Of a DNA stretch of 64,000 bases, positions 41,401 to 48,234 are shown piece after piece (position 1 is the first letter of the stretch; each line of letters opens with the position of its first letter). The notes beneath the pieces were generated by a model. It was not told where the DNA came from. It saw nothing but the letters and a program-made list of their open reading frames with translations, and did not search any database. The stretch is taken from assembly GCA_002778575.1 (NCBI GenBank), contig PFBJ01000003.1:11057-75056 (forward strand), in the 5' to 3' direction. The stretch comes from Candidatus Kaiserbacteria bacterium CG10_big_fil_rev_8_21_14_0_10_49_17 (GTDB lineage Bacteria; Patescibacteriota; Minisyncoccia; Phycocordibacterales; JABMNX01). A program made the translations under genes and the position numbers.

Positions 41401-41576
41401 TTCTCCTTACTGCGCTTACGACTGTCATCGGAATTACACCGCTCATCTTTGCGGCGGAACTCTGGGCGCCACTTGCCTTCTCTATAATGTTTGGCCTTAC
41501 ATTCTCAGTTATTATTACACTCCTCCTTATTCCGGTTATTTACTACCGATGGCCAGGAAACGTCTCTCGTGAATAA
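38478..41576 (+). CDS. RND efflux transporter permease (AcrB/SwrC-like)
   Basis: PGATAE.VE..VT..IE, GILVDSAIV.VE, GIVVNNSIILID, RLRPILLT. Confidence 0.95.
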   Translation: MYYFWSFFLKKRSFSYLFIAALVVFGSAAVFTIPKENAPEVKVPIAIVSTILPGATAETVEKLVTNKIEDAIANLEDIKSITSTSREGISGIVVEFDAKADIETSVQDLKNEVDTVAPQLPNEAEDSTVTKLSFVDQPVLTVAISGDLPAPEFFALADSLERELKALAGVSDVHIAGKREREVQVIVSKEALATYGLTLSQVTAAIAGANTTLPIGSITVNDIEYNVEFASDVTDPSEIADLAILSTPNGSPIYVRDVAFVSDSFEKTRTFSRISIDGSPSENALSFNIFAKSGGDITDVSAHVRAHLTALQEPGSLLEGVTVLVVFDAGEFLKRDLLTLVFSGLQTVALVMIILFLTIGWREALVAGAAIPLSFLIAFIALEATGNTINFVSLFSLILAVGILVDSAIVIVEGIHTRMKLQMDKKEAAYETIKEFYLPLTSGTLTTVAVFAPLFLISGITGEFIASIPFTIIFVLMASLLVALGFIPLIASIVLRRRNMSRLEESQEQFTSRLQKWYRNVLDSFLENRKKQRTLFISLSVAFVVALSFPIVGVVPVIFFPQEDIDFIVADVEMPQGSILERTDFEARKVEEILYEEPAIDSFVTTVGQASSFGLEGGTTEKRFANVFINLRTDRSDTSTEIVNRLRESTTDIHTAKVSVSQPSNGPPGGAPVSISFLGDNLDDLDRVAKRAAQLLESIPGTADVATGARNSTTEFVLTIDKAKATELGLDPRTVAETLRTAVYGTTATTIKNQEGDIDVVVRLDLNADFINPHDTNRATIDDIRQLAIETARGPILLGSVLTGSIKKGNPTIAHDDRKRVTTVTAQLAEGGNALAIVSEFQDRIAELSLGEGIVADFGGENEDVQQSFQDMFYALIIGMLSMFAILVLQFNSFRHAGYVLSIVPLALIGIFAGLAITGKALSFPSIMGFIALAGIVVNNSIILIDVINTLRAKNDGVVTKEIIITGATARLRPILLTALTTVIGITPLIFAAELWAPLAFSIMFGLTFSVIITLLLIPVIYYRWPGNVSRE

Positions 41577-41608
41577 AAAACAACGGACCAGTTTCTGACC
41601 GGCCCGTT
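41575..41608. terminator. Bidirectional terminator between the RND gene and the NYN gene
   Basis: aacggacc-N11-ggcccgtt with an A-tract. Confidence 0.6.
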
Positions 41609-41669
41609 AGATAATTCCAACCATATTTCTTCCGTTTGGAATTGAGTGTGTTGGAATGTTGAGACTGTT

Positions 41670-42173
41670 TCAAATCGAATTGACTCGTAAACCAAATACA
41701 CGAAACGCAACACCTTCAAAAGTCGCCAGGACCCGCTCAGCCGTTCGAGCAAAATCTCCATCGCCTGAGACAATAATTACTTCGAGTTTGATATCGCCGC
41801 TGTACACAGTGCGATGGTTCGTGACAGTATACCAGATGTCATCAACTATGAGCCGGTCAACGTCCTTGGCCTGCTCAACAATGAGCGTGAATTCCGCTTC
41901 CTCCGCTTCAAGCACATTGCGTTTTGTAAGGACATCCGCAATGACGTAATTTGGACAGTAGACTCCTGCATGCACAACTTCCGGTTCACATTTTCTTTCC
42001 TTTCGGAGTGTCCGAATAATGTGGTCAAAAAGATTTAGCCAATTGACATCGACAATATCCGTCTTGTCGTGATCTGCTATTGAGAGGCCATCGCGAATGG
42101 AAAGTAGAATGTTCGGTGCATCAACAAAGATCGCCACAGGAAGAACCTGCGGCGGTTTAGCATTTCCGTCCAT
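41670..42173 (-). CDS. NYN/LabA-like (PIN-fold) domain protein, possibly truncated at the C-terminus
   Basis: IFVDAPN, KDVD, IVSGDGDF acidic motifs; GGAGG SD before ATG 42173. Confidence 0.75.
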   Translation of the reverse strand: MDGNAKPPQVLPVAIFVDAPNILLSIRDGLSIADHDKTDIVDVNWLNLFDHIIRTLRKERKCEPEVVHAGVYCPNYVIADVLTKRNVLEAEEAEFTLIVEQAKDVDRLIVDDIWYTVTNHRTVYSGDIKLEVIIVSGDGDFARTAERVLATFEGVAFRVFGLRVNSI

Positions 42174-42235
42174 GTGTTCCTCCGTGTATATGCTATGTGG
42201 AGTAAAACCCAAAACTCATATCAAGTCAACCAATA

Positions 42236-42529
42236 CTACTCCTCTGAGAGGGCGAGTGCGGCATCGTAGTCATCGTTTGGCGCTAGCTTATTCGGCAATG
42301 CATGCCCGCACCGGACACAGCGGTGAATAAGTCTGTGCACACCTGCTTTCTGCTCTAGCGCAATAGGCTCCATCAGCCCGCCGCAATCAGATGCCCTGTC
42401 TCCTGGATGCACGTCAACATGTTTACTCCACAGACACGATGGGCAGTGATTCGTAAAACCGCTGCCAATAACACTTTCACCACAATGCTCACAGATGAAA
42501 TTTTCAACTGTTTTTGTAAAGCGCTTCAT
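42236..42529 (-). CDS. RNHCP-domain zinc-binding protein
   Basis: FICEHCG, NHCPSCLWSKHVD..PGDR...CGGLMEP, HRCVRCG. Confidence 0.9.
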   Translation of the reverse strand: MKRFTKTVENFICEHCGESVIGSGFTNHCPSCLWSKHVDVHPGDRASDCGGLMEPIALEQKAGVHRLIHRCVRCGHALPNKLAPNDDYDAALALSEE

Positions 42530-42560
42530 ACTGCAATACTAGCCTTTCAATATGCTGAAC

Positions 42561-42586
42561 AAAAAGGTCGCACACTGTGCGACCTT
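42561..42586 (-). terminator. Terminator after the arginine kinase gene
   Basis: aaggtcgcaca-c-tgtgcgacctt with a U-tract on the minus strand. Confidence 0.75.
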
Positions 42587-42592
42587 CTGAAA

Positions 42593-43615
42593 TTATTTTC
42601 GTAACTCCTCCTCTGTAGCTAACCGACGAGCTCCGACATGGAGACCCACGATTGCATCTCTTTCGGAAAGTCCGAGACGCCGTTTGTTGGAAATGTCGTA
42701 GACCCCCCCAACACTCTCGGAATGCTCCCCGTGAATGCCTCGAACCGAAAGTCCGAGGAGTTTTGCGAAATCATCAAGTTCGCCACTTTTCTCGAGCGCA
42801 GGGAGTTTCATATGGAAGCTCGCACGCATTGCCGTTCCAAGGTTTGTTGGACAACTTGAGAGGTATCCAAGCTGTTGTGTGTAGGCAAATGGGACGTTCT
42901 TTTCGATTTCAGAAATCGCACGTACCAGCCTGCTATAGACAGAGAGCAGGTCACCTCCCTGCTCAAGAGAGATAATACGAAGGTGATCTTCCTCATTCAC
43001 CCACACAATGAACTTCTTATCGTTTGAAAGAAAAATGCCGCGTCCTGCCGGCCAGTCCCGATTGACTCCTGCGCTCTCAAGGAAACGATCCCCTTGCTTG
43101 AAGAGCACGTGGTCTTCAATCAGTTTATTTCGTGTTTCCTCATCGAGATCTGCAAGCGAGTGATACGTGCCTGCCAAATCATCAGGAAGCTTTGAGAGAG
43201 CATCAACAACTCGCCGCTCAACTTCCAGACGCTCGTCTAGAGACATTCCTGGCGTTAGCGCAAAACCGTCAAGATTTCGCCCAACACGCGCGCGCGTTGA
43301 GATAACACGATCACGGTAAAGCTCAGCTCCGGTAAACTGCCCCGGCTTGATCGTCATATCCTGCGGGTGTGCAAGAGAATCAACATTTTCAATGTTGTGG
43401 TACTCCGCAATAATGGGACCAAAAAGACCCCAAAACACCTCGTACGATTCAGCATCCGGCGCATAGACGCCGATACTGCTGTCCGGATTTTCAACTCCAG
43501 AGCGTGTAATATCATCAAGGCTAAAGCCTCGATTCGTCTTCGCTCTTCGCAATTCGGATGCAACATCCTCGGTAAAATGCTTGGCTAGAAGTGATTGCTT
43601 GACTGGCATGTGCAT
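42593..43615 (-). CDS. Phosphagen (arginine) kinase, eukaryote-type with N-terminal domain
   Basis: SLLAKH, SGVENPDSSIGVYAPDAESY, STRARVGRN, GDRFL, WVNEEDHLRIIS, CPTNLGT, RGIHGEHS, DISNKRRLG. Confidence 0.92.
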   Translation of the reverse strand: MHMPVKQSLLAKHFTEDVASELRRAKTNRGFSLDDITRSGVENPDSSIGVYAPDAESYEVFWGLFGPIIAEYHNIENVDSLAHPQDMTIKPGQFTGAELYRDRVISTRARVGRNLDGFALTPGMSLDERLEVERRVVDALSKLPDDLAGTYHSLADLDEETRNKLIEDHVLFKQGDRFLESAGVNRDWPAGRGIFLSNDKKFIVWVNEEDHLRIISLEQGGDLLSVYSRLVRAISEIEKNVPFAYTQQLGYLSSCPTNLGTAMRASFHMKLPALEKSGELDDFAKLLGLSVRGIHGEHSESVGGVYDISNKRRLGLSERDAIVGLHVGARRLATEEELRK

Positions 43616-43736
43616 AGGTTTTTTCCTTCTGATAAGTGACCACCGAAGAGTGTACAGTGTATGTGTCTATTTTTCAACTAAGCATCACTAAAATTAAAAA
43701 CCGCTCATGGTGGTGAGATGGGGATTTCTATTCCTC

Positions 43737-44414
43737 TTATTTAACCGCGCTTTCCTTTACCGAGGTGTAGAGAAAATACATGTATGCGACACTAAATGGC
43801 ACCACAAGTATTTGGATAACCACAGAGATTACCTGACCAAGTGCCGCATCCTTCGATGAGAAGAATGCACCAATTCCTCCAAGAATTCCCGATATAAGAA
43901 TAATTACAAGCATTCGGCCAAACACTGCCCACCACCGTCCTTTTACGTATGAATGGCTCTTTTTAAGGGCATCGACGCCTCGCTCACTTTCAAAGAGCAC
44001 AATAAAGACCGCGAGACTAAGATACACTGAGATAATAATTCCTGGAATAATAAGGAGAATAAATCCAACAACCTCAAGAAACCCTACAAGTATAGAAACC
44101 CATAGGAACGAAAGGAAAAGCGGAAATGCCTCTCTAAAATACGTAGTAATTTCTCTCTTCTCGCTATCTCCCACTGCTCGTATAATGGCGATACCTGCGA
44201 GAATCTGCAGAAACGCAAGTGCGAATACCCCGAGTACTGCAAAGAGAGTTATTGTACCTTTACCGCTCGGAAGAGTGACGCTCCCGAAACCAATAACAAG
44301 GGAGAGAAATGCCGGAATGGCAATAATGCCAATAAGAGTCCACAGACGCTCCCGAAACAGAAAAAGTGCTTGGCGCACGAGGTCGCGTACTGAAATTACA
44401 TTACTTTTTCCCAT
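43737..44414 (-). CDS. Hypothetical multi-TM membrane protein (DUF975/GDPD-membrane-like)
   Basis: LLIIPGI, ALK.S...VKGRWWAVFGR; TGTTATACT 7 nt upstream of ATG 44414. Confidence 0.75.
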   Translation of the reverse strand: MGKSNVISVRDLVRQALFLFRERLWTLIGIIAIPAFLSLVIGFGSVTLPSGKGTITLFAVLGVFALAFLQILAGIAIIRAVGDSEKREITTYFREAFPLFLSFLWVSILVGFLEVVGFILLIIPGIIISVYLSLAVFIVLFESERGVDALKKSHSYVKGRWWAVFGRMLVIILISGILGGIGAFFSSKDAALGQVISVVIQILVVPFSVAYMYFLYTSVKESAVK

Positions 44415-44463
44415 ACACTTTAGTATAACAAAAAAAGCACCCCGCGCTACGCGCGGGGCTATG

Positions 44464-45279
44464 CTATTTGGGAACAAAAAGTTTTTGGAATTCGCAAAAC
44501 GGCATACCGTAATTGAAGCCGGGGTCAAAGTCTTGCAGACGTTTTTCTCTATCGTTGTATCTGACATTCTGATTGAAGTCGATGAATGCAACGAGCGCAA
44601 AACGGCCATTTTGAGCACTGTGCGGTGTCGGTCGCACGCAGTGGCACAGTGCCTTTAGTGCGCCGCCGGAGCGGTACTGCAATCCCATGCTTGGAAAAAT
44701 GACTGTTTTTTCTCCAGAGAGCGTCCACGGGTGCCAGTGCCGATCAAATCCGTAATATTCCCCTCCTTCCTGATTTTCATAAAGATGCAAGGTAAAATCG
44801 CCTCGATCCACATGCGGGTACGCAAGCATTGCCTCGCCGAAATAGTGAAGGTAGCGAAACGTCCAGCGCTTGTGGGAGGCACGCACTTCACTTTCAAAGC
44901 CAGAAAGATTGAATTCCTTCTCGACTGCATGCGCAAATTCCCCAACAAGCGGTACCGACTCTCTAATGAGGTTAGAGACGGCATCAATGAAGCGGAACCC
45001 CCTTTTCTCATGAACTCCGTCGGCACAGCTCCACAAAACCGGCAACTGCTCCTCAACAACGTGGAACATCTCTTTCGAGTCAGAGCGCGTTCCTGCATCA
45101 TTGCGGAGCATATACCCAAAGTCGTTGGCTCGATCACCCTTAGAAAACTGGCGCTTTTTCTCTTCGGGCAATGTGCAGAAAGCCTGCCACGAAGCGACCG
45201 CCTCTTCAACCGAAGCGCGGAGTGCTGTGGGGTACGGTACCTCCACCATCCCCTTCGTTGCCAAAGCAGACACATCCAT
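44464..45279 (-). CDS. 2-oxoglutarate/Fe(II)-dependent dioxygenase (IPNS-like)
   Basis: F..LPEE.K, D.KE.F, R.LHY, HVD (HxD), distal H in ALCHCV, RFA; GGAGG SD. Confidence 0.85.
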   Translation of the reverse strand: MDVSALATKGMVEVPYPTALRASVEEAVASWQAFCTLPEEKKRQFSKGDRANDFGYMLRNDAGTRSDSKEMFHVVEEQLPVLWSCADGVHEKRGFRFIDAVSNLIRESVPLVGEFAHAVEKEFNLSGFESEVRASHKRWTFRYLHYFGEAMLAYPHVDRGDFTLHLYENQEGGEYYGFDRHWHPWTLSGEKTVIFPSMGLQYRSGGALKALCHCVRPTPHSAQNGRFALVAFIDFNQNVRYNDREKRLQDFDPGFNYGMPFCEFQKLFVPK

Positions 45280-45398
45280 TTTTTCCTCCACTGCTGATTT
45301 TCTTTTTGTAGAGTACCAAAATACGCGATGGAAAGAAGATTGACACAAATGAAAGATGGCGTACTCTTCTCATGGATACCAACTACTGGAGAGTAAAG

Positions 45399-46118
45399 AT
45401 GGGTTTTCGTTTGCAGTTGCCGATTTACCTTCCGACTCAGGGAGATGTATTGCCGTCAACACATCTGGCGAAACACGAGTTCTATGTCTGGCAACTTATT
45501 CGCTCACTAAGCGGAGCTGTGCGGTGGCCTGGAGCACACGGCGACTCACCAACACCGTCACAGACAGCAGACAATTGTATGTTTTCCTGGATACTGGGAA
45601 AATATCAAGAGATGTTGCAAAGCATTACTCGAGATGACATTGCGCCTCCGTTTCGCATTGATATCAAACCAAAGCCTCACGAATATAATGACCGGAGCTT
45701 AAAGGAGTTGTATGCTCAGTCGGTACGAGTGCTTATGCACGCCGGTTACTCTGGATGCATTGACCCTGTTCGCATCGGGACAGAAGATACATATCCAATG
45801 CCTGATGTAATGCTTGATCACAACCAAGCACTCGAGCAACTTGATTGGAAGCGGCTGCGCTTCGCCTACCGCTTCAGCAATGCTCCAGCATTTACTGATG
45901 ATCTGCCATTACTGTGGGTGCCAACTCGGCGCGTTGCCCGATGGTGGGAAGAAATGATTGATGGGAAACCATCAAAAACGCAAGAAATTCTAAAGTCAGA
46001 TGCACTGTCCTTACGAATTGCTCGCGCCAGACTCGCCTACATGAAAGAGTGGGGTAAAGTTAGAGCCCGTGTTCTTCTCGATTTTCATCCGATTTTCACC
46101 CTCTGTATGGTGCCCTAA
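45399..46118 (+). CDS. Hypothetical protein (ORFan-like)
   Basis: TTGACA-16-TACTCT (45340-45367), GGAG SD before ATG 45399 (alternative start 45372), terminator after. Confidence 0.65.
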   Translation: MGFRLQLPIYLPTQGDVLPSTHLAKHEFYVWQLIRSLSGAVRWPGAHGDSPTPSQTADNCMFSWILGKYQEMLQSITRDDIAPPFRIDIKPKPHEYNDRSLKELYAQSVRVLMHAGYSGCIDPVRIGTEDTYPMPDVMLDHNQALEQLDWKRLRFAYRFSNAPAFTDDLPLLWVPTRRVARWWEEMIDGKPSKTQEILKSDALSLRIARARLAYMKEWGKVRARVLLDFHPIFTLCMVP

Positions 46119-46129
46119 AAATATTCTAG

Positions 46130-46159
46130 ATCAGCCCGCATTCAGCGGGCTGATTTTTT
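46130..46159 (+). terminator. Rho-independent terminator
   Basis: atcagcccgc-attca-gcgggctgat-ttttt. Confidence 0.8.
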
Positions 46160-46248
46160 CTGCACTCACGCATCACCTTAACGTTGCGTCGAGATGTGCC
46201 CGACAGCCTGCGCAGGCATCTTGCAAAATACCCCTGCCTCACATCACT

Positions 46249-46285
46249 ACAAAAACATCACACTATTTCTGTGTGATGTTTTTGT
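46249..46285 (-). terminator. Perfect 15-bp hairpin downstream of the tRNA locus
   Basis: acaaaaacatcacac-tatttct-gtgtgatgtttttgt. Confidence 0.65.
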
Positions 46286-46330
46286 GACGATGTGGACCAA
46301 ACCGGAATTGAGCCAGCGACCTCCTGAGTA

Positions 46331-46495
46331 ATTGCACCCTAACAAAATGAGATGATCGAGTTTGATTACACTGTGGACCCGACTGGAATCGAACCAGCGA
46401 CCTCCTGAGTGCAAAACAGGTGCTCTAGCCAACTGAGCTACGGGCCCACACTGCAATCAAACAATTTTGTTCATCTCATTTTGTTAATGTGCAAC
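46331..46495 (-). repeat. Long inverted repeat flanking tRNA-Ala
   Basis: 46340-46355 pairs perfectly with 46471-46486 (16 bp); 46360-46370 pairs with 46452-46462; 46331-46337 pairs with 46489-46495. Confidence 0.9.
46374..46447 (-). tRNA. tRNA-Ala (UGC); CCA not encoded
   Basis: GGGCCCG/CGGGTCC acceptor stem with G3:U70, D-arm GCTC/GAGC, anticodon TGC, T-loop GGTTCGATTCC, discriminator A. Confidence 0.96.
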
Positions 46496-46605
46496 GCAAA
46501 ACGTTCGACAGTCTCCCGGACTGTCTCACCCCTAGCCAATGAAGCCACGGGCCATCTACATAAATGAACTTACAACACGTAAGTTCACACGAGTGAAATT
46601 ATACC

Positions 46606-47574
46606 CTACTTCCCCCTTCTGGCAAGTACAATGACATGCTCGAGCAATTCAGGGAGCGAGCTTCCTGCTGCAGTGAGCGCTTGTACAAGCGGCGCCTCTT
46701 GGGAAAGTGACGGAAGCGTGTTGGTCTCCAAAAAATACACTCCTCGCGGGGAGACGATAAAATCTGATCGGGAGTAATGCCGGGCGCCGAGCGCGCGATG
46801 TATGCAAAGTGCCGCATCCTGCAGTTCTTGTTTTATGCCGTGTGAAAATGTGCTTGGACAGTGTCCAATTGCCAAGCCGCAGCCTTTAAGCTCTGGTGTG
46901 ATTATCATCTCTCCCTGCGGGCGCACAATTTCAACCGGAAGCGTTTGGTAGTACTCCTCACCTCGAAAACCATCAATGACGCCCACGGTTGCCTCCGGAC
47001 CTCGGATATACTCCTCAATCAGCACCTGATTTGAGTGCGTGAAGGCCCGCGCAATACTCTCTGCCAGATCGGTATACCCGTAGGCAACTGAAGTACCTAT
47101 AGATGATCCGCGAGCAACCGGTTTTACCACCACCGGCATTGGGAAACTTCGAAATAAATCAAGTAGTCGCTTTTCATAGTCTTCTGAGACTCGAAATACG
47201 ATACACTGTGGTGTCCGCAACCCCGCTTCTACCGCACACTCTTTTGCCCGCACCTTGTGCATTGCTAGTGCTGATGCAAATGCATCCGAGCCGGTATATG
47301 GTACAGAAAGCTTTTCAAGAATTCGCTGTACAGTCCCATCCTCCCCGTATTCACCACAAAGAGCATTGAGCGCAACATCAACACCATGAAGTGCCCGCTC
47401 TGGAGTAGTTGGCACGCCGCGCATATGCCACACACCATCTCGGTCAATAAAGATATCGCGTACCTGATACCAATCGGTAGTAAGTGAACGGAGTACGTGC
47501 GCACCGCTTCGAAGCGACGTATCGTATTCACTTGAAGGTCCTCCTCGAAGAACGCCTACAGAGAGCTTTGCCAT
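46606..47574 (-). CDS. D-Ala-D-Ala ligase family ATP-grasp enzyme (divergent)
   Basis: VLRGGPSSE, GEDGTVQ, PYTGS, VKP..GSSIG, RSDFI, E.NTLP. Confidence 0.85.
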   Translation of the reverse strand: MAKLSVGVLRGGPSSEYDTSLRSGAHVLRSLTTDWYQVRDIFIDRDGVWHMRGVPTTPERALHGVDVALNALCGEYGEDGTVQRILEKLSVPYTGSDAFASALAMHKVRAKECAVEAGLRTPQCIVFRVSEDYEKRLLDLFRSFPMPVVVKPVARGSSIGTSVAYGYTDLAESIARAFTHSNQVLIEEYIRGPEATVGVIDGFRGEEYYQTLPVEIVRPQGEMIITPELKGCGLAIGHCPSTFSHGIKQELQDAALCIHRALGARHYSRSDFIVSPRGVYFLETNTLPSLSQEAPLVQALTAAGSSLPELLEHVIVLARRGK

Positions 47575-47598
47575 TACATACAGTATACCAAAGCAAAG

Positions 47599-47622
47599 CC
47601 CGCCGTGCGTGTGCACGGCGGG
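47599..47622 (-). terminator. GC-rich hairpin after the ORFan
   Basis: cccgccgtgc-gtgt-gcacggcggg. Confidence 0.6.
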
Positions 47623-47628
47623 TGGGAA

Positions 47629-48066
47629 TCACCAATCCTTGAGTACTTTTCCAATACTCTGGGTTATCTCTAGAAATTGTGAGACCACTGTTGTGTAGGC
47701 ATCTTCGATTTCGGCCTCAATATACTCAGAAATAGTCTCTTCCCGTAACTGATCTTCGGAAAGAACAAGATAACGTTCTCTCTGTGGGACTCCCGCAATT
47801 ATTCCCTTGGCCGGGGAGTATAAATCCTCATCAAGCCCATAATTCGGTGGATGCGGAATAAGACTTTGCAAGCTCACGACAACCTTAAACTCCCAATGTG
47901 ACGCCCAATCAGACCAATGCTGCCGATCCGGGCGACGAATGTGGATCACCTCTACGCTTTTGCTTTTCGTTTCTGGAATACACGCAAGCGCATCCCCCGC
48001 GGCTGCAAAACAAATGCCGGGAAATTCGCTTTTTCGCTCCCACTCCACAACGATTTTCGCACTCAT
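47629..48066 (-). CDS. Hypothetical protein (ORFan-like)
   Basis: TTGCAG-17-TATTCT promoter, AAGGGAG SD, hairpin downstream. Confidence 0.6.
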   Translation of the reverse strand: MSAKIVVEWERKSEFPGICFAAAGDALACIPETKSKSVEVIHIRRPDRQHWSDWASHWEFKVVVSLQSLIPHPPNYGLDEDLYSPAKGIIAGVPQRERYLVLSEDQLREETISEYIEAEIEDAYTTVVSQFLEITQSIGKVLKDW

Positions 48067-48168
48067 CAGGAACTCCCTTCACTTGAGGTCCCAGACCTCT
48101 GTCATTGCTGCCGCCACCCACGACAACAGCTGCCTGGAGAATATCAACTCGTAAACAATTCTGCAACT

Positions 48169-48208
48169 ACTTCCACTACACTGGAAGCATTTTCAGTGTA
48201 GTGGAAGT
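48169..48208. terminator. 15-bp hairpin downstream of uvrC
   Basis: acttccactacactg-N10-cagtgtagtggaagt. Confidence 0.6.
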
Positions 48209-48234
48209 GAATAATTGATTCTGCCGAGGTAGTG

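Larger units (their letters stand above)
46291..46554 (-). pseudogene. Split, degenerate tRNA-Ala copy that encloses the intact tRNA-Ala
   Basis: 3' half at 46291-46329 is 34/39 identical to the intact gene; 5' part at 46532-46554 is 18/23 identical; GTTTTGC anticodon piece at 46496-46502. Confidence 0.75.

Noticed and set aside
41670-41672. Genetic code 25 (TGA = Gly) as the explanation for the NYN stop
   Set aside because: TGA terminates ychF, the RND permease and genes with ATGA overlaps, and conserved genes are uninterrupted under code 11.
42593-43615. McsB protein-arginine kinase
   Set aside because: It has the phosphagen-kinase N-terminal domain, lacks the McsB C-terminal extension, and has no ctsR/mcsA/clpC context.
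46291-46329. tRNA 3' duplication read as the attL/attR of a prophage or island
   Set aside because: Only about 45 nt separate the copies, there is no integrase, and a matching 5' remnant on the other side indicates a nested layout instead.
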